Of a stretch of 64,000 nucleotides of DNA, positions 32,338 to 42,879 are shown in pieces (the stretch's first letter is position 1; every line of letters starts with the position of its first letter). This stretch comes from an uncultured Chloroflexia bacterium (GTDB taxonomy: Bacteria; Chloroflexota; Anaerolineae; CG2-30-64-16). Below the pieces are notes generated by a model, which saw only the letters and a program-made list of their open reading frames with translations, was not told where the DNA came from and did not search any database. The stretch covers positions 800,001 to 864,000 of the forward strand of contig CAVZDU010000001.1 in assembly GCA_963774265.1 (NCBI GenBank), given 5' to 3'. The position numbers were made by a program, and so were the translations under genes.

Positions 32338-33741
32338 ATGAAGCAGTTCACCATGGGCGTCATCTTCGGCAACCGGGACTTCTTCCCGGATCAACTGATC
32401 ACCGAAGCCCGCAGCGATATGACGGCCCTCTTCGCCGAGATGGGCATCCGCGGCATCTGGTTGAGTGAGGCGGATTCCAAGCTCGGCTCGGTTGAGACCT
32501 ATGCCGACGCTCGCAAATGCGCCGATCTGTTCCAGGCCCACCGCCGTGAGATCGACGGCATCCTCGTCTGCTTGCCCAACTTCGGCGACGAAAAAGGCGT
32601 GGCGGACACCCTCAAGTTTGCCGAGCTCAACGTGCCGGTCCTCGTCCAGGCCTACCCGGACGATCTGGACGCATTCAACATCGAGCGCCGGCGCGATGCC
32701 TTCTGCGGCAAGATGTCGGTGTGCAACAACCTGCGGCAGTACGGCTATCGCTACAGCCTCACCGACCTGCACACGAGCCATCCGCTCAGCGCCGACTTCA
32801 AGCAGGACCTGCAGAAGTTCATGGGCGTCTGCCGCGTGGTCAACGGCTTGCGCAACGCCCGGCTGGGTGCGGTGGGCGCGCGGCCGAATGCGTTCAACAC
32901 CACCCGCTACAGCGAGAAGCTGCTCCAGTCCGTCGGCGTCTCCGTGCAGACCGTGGACCTGTCCGAGTTGCTTGGCGTCACCAATCGCATGAAAGATGAC
33001 GACGCCGCGGTCAAGGAGCGCCTGGAGTCGATCCGCGCGTACCTGCCTGCCGACGGCGTGCCCTCGCCTTCCATCCTGCGCATGGCCAAGTTCGGCGTCG
33101 CGCTGACTCGTTGGATGCAGGACCTTGACATCCAGGCGACCGCCCTGCAGTGTTGGAATTCCATCCAGAAGAACTACGGCATCAACGTCTGCACCCTGAT
33201 GAGCATGATGAGCGACCAACTCATGCCCTCCGCCTGCGAAGTGGATATCACCGGCGTCGCGTCCATGTACGCCCTGCAGCTTGCCACGGAACAGCCCGCC
33301 GCCCTGGTCGACTGGAACAACAACTACGCCGGCGACCCGAACAAGTGCGTGCTCTTCCACTGCGGCAACTTCGCCAAGTCATTCTTCAAGGAAGCCCGCA
33401 TGGCGTATGCCGACATTCTGGCCACGACCTTGGGCCAGGAAAACACCTACGGCGCGATCAACGGCCGCGTTCCCGCCGGGCCGATGAGCTTCGCCCGCAT
33501 CTCCACCGATGATGTCAACGGCATCATCAGGGCCTACTGCGGCGATGGCAACTTCACCGACGATGCGCTGCAAACCTTCGGCAGCCGCGCGGTCGTAGAG
33601 GTGCCCAACTTGCAGGTCTTGTTGAAGCACATCTGCCGCAACGGCTTCGAGCACCATGCGGCGATGGCCGCCGCGCCTTCGGCGGGTATCCTCGCCGAGG
33701 CCTTCGAAACGTACTTCGACTGGGATGTCTACCGGCATTAA
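32338..33741 (+). CDS. L-fucose/L-arabinose isomerase family protein
   Basis: LPNFGDEK, RRDAFCGKMSVCNNL, PSACEVD, FHCGN, NGFEHH. Confidence 0.85.
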   Translation: MKQFTMGVIFGNRDFFPDQLITEARSDMTALFAEMGIRGIWLSEADSKLGSVETYADARKCADLFQAHRREIDGILVCLPNFGDEKGVADTLKFAELNVPVLVQAYPDDLDAFNIERRRDAFCGKMSVCNNLRQYGYRYSLTDLHTSHPLSADFKQDLQKFMGVCRVVNGLRNARLGAVGARPNAFNTTRYSEKLLQSVGVSVQTVDLSELLGVTNRMKDDDAAVKERLESIRAYLPADGVPSPSILRMAKFGVALTRWMQDLDIQATALQCWNSIQKNYGINVCTLMSMMSDQLMPSACEVDITGVASMYALQLATEQPAALVDWNNNYAGDPNKCVLFHCGNFAKSFFKEARMAYADILATTLGQENTYGAINGRVPAGPMSFARISTDDVNGIIRAYCGDGNFTDDALQTFGSRAVVEVPNLQVLLKHICRNGFEHHAAMAAAPSAGILAEAFETYFDWDVYRH

Positions 33742-33747
33742 GACATG

Positions 33748-33772
33748 GCCGGGCACTTCGCAAGTGCCCGGC
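33748..33772. repeat. REP-like palindrome
   Basis: GCCGGGCACTT-CGC-AAGTGCCCGGC; shares GGCACTTCGCAAGT with the 16605 element. Confidence 0.7.
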
Positions 33773-33815
33773 ATGTGGTGACTTTCAGAGAGTACCTGGC
33801 CCAGGGTGGAACGCT

Positions 33816-34775
33816 ATGGCTCGCATCGATGAACTACGTTTGATGACCAAGGTCGCCCGTCTGTACTACGTGGATCACCTGAGGCAGACGGAGATCGCTG
33901 AGCAACTCGATATTTCACAGGCGACCACCTCGCGCTTGCTAAAACGCGCGCAAGACGAGCGGATCATTCGGATCAGCCTCAACGCGCCGACGGGTATTCA
34001 TGCCGATCTTGAGAGGCAGCTAGAATCGACCTACGGCCTGAAGGAAGCGATCGTCATCGAGAGCTTGCCGAATGAAAAGCAGATTATGCGCGACCTTGGT
34101 TCGGCCGCGGCCTATTACTTGAACACCACCCTGAAACCGAACGAAGTGATCGGCATTTCATCCTGGAGCGCGACCCTCCTGGCGGCCGTAGATGCAATGT
34201 CGCCGATTACAAAACCTATCGGCGCGCAGGTGATCCAGATTCTCGGCGGAGTGGGCACTCCGACCGCCGAAAGTAGCGCAATATATATCGTCAGCCGGCT
34301 GGCTATGCTGGTGCAAGGGCAATCCATCTTGCTGCCGGTTCCTGCCGTGGTTGGGGGGCTGGACACGCGCCAGTTGTACCTGCAAGACCCATTTGTGTGT
34401 GAGACCATCGACCGCTTTGACAGCGTGACCCTGGCGCTCGTGGGGATCGGCAGCGTCGAGCCATCCGACCTGCTGGCCTCGAGCGGCAACATCTTTTCGC
34501 CGCAGGAATTGGAGTCACTGCGCAACCTGGGCGCGGTTGGGGATGCGTGCCTGCGCTTTTTCGACGCCGATGGTGCGCCAATCCAAACCCCGCTCGATGA
34601 TCGTGTGATCGGCATAAAGCTTGAACAGCTCCGCAAAGTGAAACGCTCGGTCGGCATTGCCGGCGGTCAGCGAAAGCTGGCTGCCATCCGCGGCGCGGTG
34701 CGCGGTGGTTTTATCAACGTCCTGATTACGGACCTGGTCACTGCGCAAGCCTTGGTTTCTCCGGAAAATAGTTGA
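33816..34775 (+). CDS. SorC/LsrR-family sugar-binding transcriptional regulator
   Basis: KVARLYYVDHLRQTEIAEQLDISQATTSRLLKRA, GAVGD, INVLITD. Confidence 0.93.
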   Translation: MARIDELRLMTKVARLYYVDHLRQTEIAEQLDISQATTSRLLKRAQDERIIRISLNAPTGIHADLERQLESTYGLKEAIVIESLPNEKQIMRDLGSAAAYYLNTTLKPNEVIGISSWSATLLAAVDAMSPITKPIGAQVIQILGGVGTPTAESSAIYIVSRLAMLVQGQSILLPVPAVVGGLDTRQLYLQDPFVCETIDRFDSVTLALVGIGSVEPSDLLASSGNIFSPQELESLRNLGAVGDACLRFFDADGAPIQTPLDDRVIGIKLEQLRKVKRSVGIAGGQRKLAAIRGAVRGGFINVLITDLVTAQALVSPENS

Positions 34776-34850
34776 ACATAGGGCAGCACCTGCGCCCACG
34801 TAAGCCTGGGTGTCTGGTTGGACCCTGAGCCGCGCCTGCCTCCTTCATGC

Positions 34851-37800
34851 TTACGCCGTCGCATACTTTCCATCATCCCCCACCCGCGCCTGCCCCAGCG
34901 CGGCGAGCGCGGCCAACCATTCGCCCACACGCGTGACGGGCGCCGCATCAAATGCCGCCGCGACTTCCGCTGCCGTCACCGGCCGGCCCAGCTCGACGAG
35001 CGCAGCGCGCACCGCGGCGGCCTGCTCGGCCAGCCCATCGGGCCATGTCCGCAAGGTGCGCTGAGCTGCAACACCGGCGGTGGGCCGCGCCTCCTCCGCG
35101 GTCTCGCTTCGTCCTCGGCGCCTTCTGCGCCCTCCGTGGTTCGCCGGCGCCGGCCTCCTGCGGCGCCTGGTACTCCGGCCGCAGCCAGCGCACCAGCCCG
35201 CGGCCTTCTTCCGCCGCGCGCTCCGCGTTGAGCGCCACCAGCCGCGCCAGGATCTCCTCGTCGGTCAGCGACGCGGGCCAGCCGTAGGCGTCGAAGACGG
35301 CCGCGTCCAGGTCGTCGTGGAGCTGCCGCAGCACGGAGACCAGCCCCTGCTCGTGCGTGACTTTCTCCGCCATGGAGAGCGGTTCGCCCCCGCGCAGCTT
35401 CTCGAGCACGTTGTACATGTCGGTGAGGGTCAGCTTCGGATGCTGCGCCTGCTGCCGCTTGCGGTGCGCGTCGAGCTCCTCCGCGAGGCCGCGAATGTGG
35501 GCCTTTCTGCGCGTCGGTGGCGTCGGGGAAGGGGAAGTTCTCGAAGCAAGGCGGATCTTGACGTACACGGGGTCGTTGCCGACCCCCAAGCCAGCCACCC
35601 GAGTGCAGTGCCCAAACGACATGGAGACGACTGGATAAGACACCGCAGGAAGAAAGCGTCATCAAGTGCGACGCACGATGAGTTTGTTGTCCGGAAGTAC
35701 GGAACTATCCAGGAAGATAAAATAGCGGCGACGCGATGTCTCGATGGTGGCGATGTAGCGATGTAGGCCAACGAGTGCCGGGCGCAGCGACTGCGCGCGG
35801 TTCGCCGCGCGAATCCACCAGTAGTTGCGATAACTGGCCCGGTTATTCTGATCGCGCTCCGGTTTGACGCGCTCGTAGACCCATTGATACACAGCCGGAT
35901 ACTTTTTCCGCACCTCGTCGGCGGTCAGGCCGAAGAGATCGATGACCATGACATTTCGGGGCGTTGCTGCAATGTCTCGGCCGTTGCGGTAGGGGCGGAT
36001 GTCTTCTCCAGGCCGGAGACCGTGCCCAGGCCCAGGTGCGCCGCTTCAGCGGGAGTCACGATGAATCCCGCGCCAAACAATTGAAGCCCTCGCCCGCTGA
36101 TGCCTTGATTCGAGCGCAATGGCTTGGCTGCTGCAACGTTTGCGCCGATCGTGAGGTCAGCCTGGATCGGTTCCCTGCTGGGCAACTAACGCCACCTTGA
36201 CGCTCTTCGCCCGGACCCGGCGACTCATTGACCACTCTCAGCAGCAGGCCGGGCGCCTCGCCTTCGACCGCAGCGGTCATCGCGATACGAACATCGGCGC
36301 CCTCAGCCGAGTCGACCCAGGGATGATCGGGAATGGCGAAGACCAGCGAGAGCGGCGGCGTAGCGTCCATGTGGTGTTGAAGCACCCGGCGGTTGAAAGT
36401 CTGGCGAATGCTGTTGGTCGTGATGAAGCCAAAACGCCGCAACTGTCCGCGCTCGCAGCAGATCGGCGGCCTTGTCCCACCAATACATCACGTAGTCCGC
36501 CGACTCCGGCACGTTCTCTGTAGGTCTTGCGCACGGCTTCGGCGTAGCCATCGCCCAGCGTAGCCCGAATGGCCCCGGTCCCAATAAACGGCGGGTTCCC
36601 CACGACGAAATCCGCGGCGGGCCACTCGGCGGGGCGGGGATTGATGTAACGGTACGCGGGGATGCGCGCGGTCTCGTCGGGCACCTGCTCGCCGGTCACG
36701 GGGTGCGCCACCGTCGTCCGGCCGTCCCAGCGGGTGACAGGCCGGCCCGCCGCGTCCAGGAGCGGCTCGATCGCGTCCCACGCGAGCACGGCGTCGCGGC
36801 GCTCGATGTTGTGGTAGTTCGCCAGGATCGGCTCGGGGAGGTGGCCCACGTCGCCCACGGTCTGCAGCCGCCAGCGCAGGAAGCCGATCCACAACACCAG
36901 CTCGGCGATGGCGGCCGCGCGCGGGTTCACCTCGATCCCCAGCAACTGCCGCGGGGTCACGCGCACTGTCTCCATCTCCAGCAGCATCTGGTCCACCCCG
37001 AGCTGCCGGCGCACCTCCAGGACCTCCGCCTCCAGCCGCAGCAGATGCTCGAGGCTGACGTACAGGAAATTACCCGTGCCGCATGCCGGGTCCAGGATCC
37101 GGACAGCAGCCAGGTGTTTCTGGAATGCCTCGACCTCCCCAAGCGCCTTATCGGTCCTGCCCTCGTCCGCCAGGCGCAGCGCGGCGGCCTGGCTGGCCTC
37201 CCATTCGGCGCGCAGCGGCTCGACTACCGTCGGGGCGACCAGCCGCTCGACGTAGGCGCGCGGGGTGAAGTGCGCGCCGAACTTGTGGCGCTCGACCGGG
37301 TCCAGCGTGCGCTCCAGCAGCGTGCCGAAGATCGCGGGCTCCACGTCGCGCCAATCCGACTGCGCGGCCTCGATCAGCAACTGAAGCTGGTCCTCCGTGA
37401 GGGGCAGCGCGGTCGCGTCCTCGAAAAGACCGCCGTTGAAGTGGGGAATGGGCAGCCGCAGCGCCAGCGAAAACCCGCCGTGCGCCATCGTGCTCCACAG
37501 CTCTTCGACGAACCGGGGGAAGTGGGCCACGTTGCGCCGCGCATCGGCCAGCAGTTGGGTGAAGCTGCCCGCGGGGAGCAGCGCCACATCTTCCGCGAAC
37601 ATGGTGAAGAGGCAGCGCATCAGGAAATGGGCGACCGCATCGGGATCGTGCCCCTTCTCGAGCGCCTGGGCCAGCCGCGCCAGCCGGGCCGCGATATCGC
37701 GCGTCACGCGCGCCGCACGGCGAGCCGGGTCCAGGCTCATGGGGTCGAGCCAGACCGTGCGGAGCAGCTCGCACACCTCGGGCTGTTCCAGGCCGGTCAG

Positions 37801-38360
37801 GGGGATGCGCGCGCGGCGAGGGGATTCGGGAAGGGGACATAGTTGCCGCCCGTGCGGGTGAATTCGCTGTAGAGGGTGAGCGACTCACCCACATCGACCA
37901 CGACCAGGAAGGGGGGCCGGCCGCCGTCCTTGAGCTCTTCGGGCGGCAGGTTGCGCGCGTAGGACTGGGCCTGCTGCCGCGCCTTCTCCATCGCAGTGTC
38001 CCAGGCTGCGGTGCCGCGCGGGGCCACGCCCTTCTTGCGGCCGCGGGCGCGTGCCTCACCTTCCTGCGAGAGGGATGCGGGCTGCGCGCTTTCGCGCCGG
38101 TCTCCGGCCCCCTGCTTCGCCTCCAGCACAAAGCAGCCGCGGCGATACAGGTCGATGCGGCCGATCGAGCCATGGGGCAGGGGGACGCTCTTCTCGAAGA
38201 CGTAGGCGTTGCTCGCCTCGACGGGCGTCGTGGGGTCGGGCCGCGGCGCGTCGAGCACGTCGCAGAGCTCGGAGAGGAAGAGCTGGTAGTTGGCGCGTTC
38301 GGCCGCGCCGGATGCCTGCCAGCGCGCAATGAAATGCTGAATATCGCCGGTCATAGTCAT
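34851..38360 (-). CDS. MmeI-like Type IIL restriction-modification enzyme (nuclease + m6A methyltransferase + TRD), many frameshifts
   Basis: [87 protein letters not shown]. Confidence 0.88.
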
Positions 38361-38450
38361 CGTGGGTCGAGGAAAGCCGTCCGAAATGCCGACGCCGGTA
38401 TGATACCACATGGCGGATGGGATTGGGAGGCAACTGCAGACCTGTGCGCC

Positions 38451-38523
38451 TTGACACGATTTTGACGCGCCCACCGAATCTCTTGTCAGCCCATTGACGC
38501 GGAGCAGTCGTATACTCTCCAGT
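38451..38523 (+). promoter_or_regulatory. promoter with four tandem TTGAC-like repeats (probable KdpE operator)
   Basis: TTGAC 38451, TTGAC 38462, TTGTC 38483, TTGAC 38494; -10 TATACT at 38511. Confidence 0.7.
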
Positions 38524-38589
38524 GCAAGGGCGCACCGCGAGCAGCAAAGCCACGGTGCGCCTATTACTTTGTGCGGAGTAGTGGAGTCT

Positions 38590-40542
38590 ATGCAAATAGT
38601 GGAGACTGCGGGCGCCGAGCATACGGGCATCCTCCAGCGCGTTCCAGAGTACCGGGCTACGCGCTCGTGGCGAACGTGGTTGCTCGGGAGGCCCTTGGCC
38701 ACTGCTGAGGCGCCCCACCAAGCGATCAATAAGATCGTCGGTCTGGCCGTTTTCTCTTCGGACGCGATGTCGTCCGTAGCATACGCGCCTCAGGAATTGA
38801 TGCTCGTCCTGGCATTGGCCGGCGCCGGCGCGCTGGGTCTATCTGTGCCGCTGGCCGCGGGCATTGTGGTCCTCTTGGTCATTCTCACCCTGTCGTACGA
38901 GCAAACGATCCATGCTTATCCGGGCGGCGGTGGGGCCTACATCGTCGCACGCGATAACCTGGGCGAGCTTCCCGCGCAGATTGCGGGAGCCGCACTGCTC
39001 ACCGACTACATCCTGACCGTTGCCGTGTCGATTTCGTCGGGCGTCGCACAGATTGTGTCGGCCTTTCCGCAGCTCTACGGCTATCGGGTAGTGATCTCCG
39101 TCGCAATGGTGCTGCTGGTCGCCGTCATCAACCTGCGCGGGGTGAAGGAGTCGGGCACTGTTTTCGCTATACCCACTTACTTCTTCTTGTTGATGGCATT
39201 CATTACCGTCGGCGTGGGGTTGGCCAAGTACGCGACGGGAGTGCTGCTGCCGGTGAGCAACCCGCCCGCGTTTGAGCTCGCACACGGCACGCAGATGCTG
39301 ACACTCTTCCTGATCCTGCGTGCGTTCGCCAGCGGCACGTCTGCCCTAACCGGGGTCGAGGCCATCTCGAACGGCATCACGGCGTTCAAAGAGCCGCGCA
39401 GCCGCAACGCGGGCCAGACCCTGCTGCTGATGTCGGTCATACTGGGTTCGCTGATGCTGGGCATCACGTTCCTGTCGCGCCAGATCGGCGCCGTACCGAG
39501 CGACATAGGCGAGACTCTCATCTCGCAGCTCGCGCGGACCGTGCTGGGCAACCGCGGGCTGCCCTATCTAGCAACTATCGTGTCAACCACGTTGATCCTG
39601 CTGATGGCAGCCAACACTGCATTCGCCGACTTTCCCCGCCTGGCCGCGCTGCACGCGGGCGACGGGTTCCTGCCGCGACAGCTCACCTACAAGGGCAGCC
39701 GCCTGGTGTTCTCGCGCGGCATCGTCGCGCTGGGCCTGATCGCATCGCTCCTGATCGTCGGCTTCCAGGCCAGCGTCAGCAAGTTGATCCCACTCTACGC
39801 GATCGGTGTGTTCCTGTCGTTCACGCTCTCGCAGAGTGGCATGGCGCGACGCTGGTGGCGCGTAGGCCATCTGAAGCCTGGGGAGGCGATAAAAGATCCG
39901 GGCTCAACCTTGCGTTATGAGGAGGGCTGGCAGACCAAGCTGGTCGTCAACGGCGTTGGCGCGCTGATGACGCTCGTCGTCATGTTTGTGTTCGCGACGA
40001 CCAAATTCCGCGACGGCGCATGGATCATCGTGCTGCTCGTGCCGGTGCTGGTATTCATCTTCTTCCGCATCCACCATCACTACAAGGCCCTGTCACATCG
40101 GCTATCGCTGGAGGAGTATCAGCCCGAGCTTCCGCCGCGGCGCCATCGGGTGATCATGCCGATCGGCGGCGTACACCAGGGGACTCTGACCGCGCTGCGC
40201 TATGCACAACTGCTCGGGAGCGATGTGACCGCCGTGCATGTCAGCCTGGACGCTGAGGAAGCGCAGAAGGTGCGGCACAAGTGGGAGTTGTACGGTGAAG
40301 ACGTGCGGCTGGAGATGCTGGAATCGCCCTACCGCGCTCTGCTGGAGCCGCTGCTCGCCTACATCAACGAGGTCGATGCCACGCGGCAGCCAGGCGACAA
40401 AATCACGGTCATTGTCCCGCAGTTTGTCTCCCGACACTGGTTGGCCAACCTGCTCCACGCGCAGACTGCCACGTGGCTGCGGCTCGCGCTGCTGTTCCGG
40501 CCGGGGATTGTGATCACTGAGGTGCCATACCTCGTGGAGTGA
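38590..40542 (+). CDS. KimA/YdaO-like APC-superfamily potassium transporter
   Basis: FSSDAMSSVAYA, AYPGGGGAYIVA, TGVEAISNG, FADFPR, LIPLYAIGVF, ESPYR. Confidence 0.88.
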   Translation: MQIVETAGAEHTGILQRVPEYRATRSWRTWLLGRPLATAEAPHQAINKIVGLAVFSSDAMSSVAYAPQELMLVLALAGAGALGLSVPLAAGIVVLLVILTLSYEQTIHAYPGGGGAYIVARDNLGELPAQIAGAALLTDYILTVAVSISSGVAQIVSAFPQLYGYRVVISVAMVLLVAVINLRGVKESGTVFAIPTYFFLLMAFITVGVGLAKYATGVLLPVSNPPAFELAHGTQMLTLFLILRAFASGTSALTGVEAISNGITAFKEPRSRNAGQTLLLMSVILGSLMLGITFLSRQIGAVPSDIGETLISQLARTVLGNRGLPYLATIVSTTLILLMAANTAFADFPRLAALHAGDGFLPRQLTYKGSRLVFSRGIVALGLIASLLIVGFQASVSKLIPLYAIGVFLSFTLSQSGMARRWWRVGHLKPGEAIKDPGSTLRYEEGWQTKLVVNGVGALMTLVVMFVFATTKFRDGAWIIVLLVPVLVFIFFRIHHHYKALSHRLSLEEYQPELPPRRHRVIMPIGGVHQGTLTALRYAQLLGSDVTAVHVSLDAEEAQKVRHKWELYGEDVRLEMLESPYRALLEPLLAYINEVDATRQPGDKITVIVPQFVSRHWLANLLHAQTATWLRLALLFRPGIVITEVPYLVE

Positions 40543-40661
40543 CGACACGTGGCGCGGCCGCAAACCTCTGCGGTCGCGCTACTGCGTGGCGTGAAAACCC
40601 TGGAGGTCTCGCGCGTTATGGCGGACGTGATATAATCACGCGTGACGCGTCTGGCGGAGGT

Positions 40662-41755
40662 ATGCGACATTGCTCGTTCGACGATTTACCCTCGGCCCCT
40701 ACCTGGTCGGGCTGGCCCTGGTGGCGCTGGTTACGGCCTTCGGGCTGGTGACCCACGGCAAGATCAACCCGACCAACCTGGTGATGCTCTTCCTGCTCGC
40801 CGTGGTGATCGTCGCGCTGCGCTGGCGACTCGGTCCGGCCATCTTTACCGCGCTCACGAGCGTGTTGGCGTTTGACTTCTTCATTGTGCCCCCACGGCTC
40901 ACCTTCGTGGTGTCGGACACACAGTATTTGCTGACTTTTTTTGGTTTGCTAATCACAGGTACCGTCATCAGTACGCTGGCCGCCCGCGCCCGGCAGCGCG
41001 CGGACGAGGCGGTCGAGCGCGCACACCTGATGGAACAGGCACGCGAGGCGGAGGTGCTACGCGCGACGGAAAAGCTGCAGAGCGCACTGCTCAACTCCAT
41101 CTCCCACGATCTGCGCACACCCCTCGCTTCAATTACGGGTGCGGTGAGCAGCCTGCGCGATCCCGAGGTGCAGCTCGATGAAACCACGCGGACCGAGTTG
41201 ATCGACGATATTGCGGCCGAGGCTGAACGTCTGAATCGGTTGGTGGGGAACCTGCTCGATATGTCGCGGGTGGAGGCCGGCGCGCTGCGCATCACACACG
41301 AAGCCGGCGACATGGCGGAAGTGATCGGTGCGGCGCTGGAACAACGCGCAGGCCCGCTAAAGGAACGGCCGCTCAGCCTGAACGTGCCGCGCGATCTGCC
41401 CGCCGTCCCCATGAGCGAACCGCTGATCGTGCAGGTCATGGTCTACCTGCTTGACAACGCACTGAAGTACTCGGGTGACGGGACGCCGATCGAGGTGATG
41501 GCGGCCGTAGAGGGCCGTGCGATGGTTGTCGAAGTAGCCGATAGGGGTGTCGGATTTCCTGAGGGGGATGAGCGGCGTATCTTCGACAAGTTCTACCGCG
41601 TGCAGCACCCCGGGCGCGTGAGTGGGACCGGGCTGGGTCTGGCGATTGCAAAGGGCATCCTCGAGGCGCACGGTGGTGAGATTGCGGCTGATCACCGGCC
41701 CGGCGGTGGATCGGTCTTTCGCTTCACACTGCCGTTGTCGCAGGAGGAAAGATGA
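40662..41755 (+). CDS. kdpD: minimal KdpD-like sensor histidine kinase (4-TM DUF4118 + HisKA + HATPase); probable indel just after the ATG
   Basis: LAFDFFIVPP, LLNSISHDLRTPLASI, GTGLGLAI; GGAGG RBS and ATG at 40662 lie out of frame with ORF 40670. Confidence 0.8.
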
Positions 41756-42444
41756 CCGAGCCGACCCATCTGCGCGTGCTGATCGTGGACGACGAACACG
41801 CGATCCTCCGCTTCCTGCGCGCGTCGCTCGCAGCCCACGGTTACACGGTCTACGAGGCGGCCACCGGTGAGGCAGCCTTGCAGGCAGTGGTCACCGCTCG
41901 GCCAGACATCGTGATCCTCGACCTGGGCCTGCCTGACATCGACGGTATAGAAGTCACGAAACGGCTCCGCGAATGGAGCGCGACGCCGGTGATTATCCTG
42001 TCCGTGCGGAACGACGAGGCGGAGAAGATCCATGCCCTCGACGCGGGCGCGGACGACTACCTGACCAAGCCGTTTGGGGTGGGTGAGTTGCTAGCCCGGC
42101 TCCGGGTAGCCCTGCGCCATCGTACACCCGAATCGCCCAGCGCGACCCTAACCGCTGGCGAGCTCGTCGTCGACCTCGCACGGCGACTTGTGACCGTCGC
42201 GGGAGAGCCAATCCAGCTCACTCCGACCGAATACGACCTTCTGCGCGCGCTGATGACGCATGCGGGGAAAGTGCTGACGCATCGGCAGTTGCTCCGCGAG
42301 GTGTGGGGTGCGGCGTACGAGTCCGAGACCCACTTGCTGCGCGTGAACATCAGCAACCTCCGGCGCAAGATCGAGCGGGAGCCGGCGCGGTCCCAATTCA
42401 TTGTTAATGAGCCGGGCGTGGGCTACCGATTGCGCGAATCTTGA
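41752..42444 (+). CDS. kdpE: KdpE-like OmpR-family response regulator
   Basis: ILDLGLPDIDG, GADDYLTKPFG, GKVLTHRQLLREVWG, EPGVGYR. Confidence 0.92.
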   Translation: MTEPTHLRVLIVDDEHAILRFLRASLAAHGYTVYEAATGEAALQAVVTARPDIVILDLGLPDIDGIEVTKRLREWSATPVIILSVRNDEAEKIHALDAGADDYLTKPFGVGELLARLRVALRHRTPESPSATLTAGELVVDLARRLVTVAGEPIQLTPTEYDLLRALMTHAGKVLTHRQLLREVWGAAYESETHLLRVNISNLRRKIEREPARSQFIVNEPGVGYRLRES

Positions 42445-42513
42445 CATCTTCTTGATGCTTTTCGGCCCGATCTTGACCTCCTCTTAACGCCCTTCGGACG
42501 TACACTCTCCAGT
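42441..42513 (+). promoter_or_regulatory. second promoter with the same four-repeat operator
   Basis: TTGAC 42441, TTGAT 42452, TTGAC 42473, TTAAC 42484; -10 TACACT at 42501 followed by CTCCAGT, as at 38511. Confidence 0.7.
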
Positions 42514-42528
42514 AAGGAGAGTGGTTAA

Positions 42529-42879
42529 ATGGATTTACTGATCAACCACGGCACCTGGATCATCGTGCCGATAGGCCTGTTTGTGGCGTTCGTTTACTTC
42601 CACGTGTTTCCCAAGATAGCCTTGTTCTTGCTGGCGCGTCGGTTGCCGGAGGAAGACGGCTGCCAGGGGAGCACACGAACGAAACTGGAAACGACCCCAA
42701 CGGGCGGTCACGCGGCGCCGCGTTCGGGTCGTGACGCTAGAGGCGCCCGCTCCAGCCGACTAGTAACTCCCGGGCTCCCCCGCGGCTCATCTTCCCCCCT
42801 GCTTGAAGACCATCAGGTTTACTGTCCCAGGCTCTGGCGAAAGAACCCTACCAGCCGCTCCTCGAACTCCTGCGGGTAG
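42529..42879 (+). CDS. hypothetical small membrane protein (3' end uncertain)
   Basis: TAAGGAG RBS; hydrophobic WIIVPIGLFVAFVYFHVFPKIALFLLARR; tail overlaps the convergent gene by about 60 bp. Confidence 0.55.
   Translation: MDLLINHGTWIIVPIGLFVAFVYFHVFPKIALFLLARRLPEEDGCQGSTRTKLETTPTGGHAAPRSGRDARGARSSRLVTPGLPRGSSSPLLEDHQVYCPRLWRKNPTSRSSNSCG

Noticed and set aside
38520-38590. c-di-AMP (ydaO) riboswitch upstream of the KimA-like gene
   Set aside because: The leader is only about 65 nt and lacks recognisable aptamer motifs.
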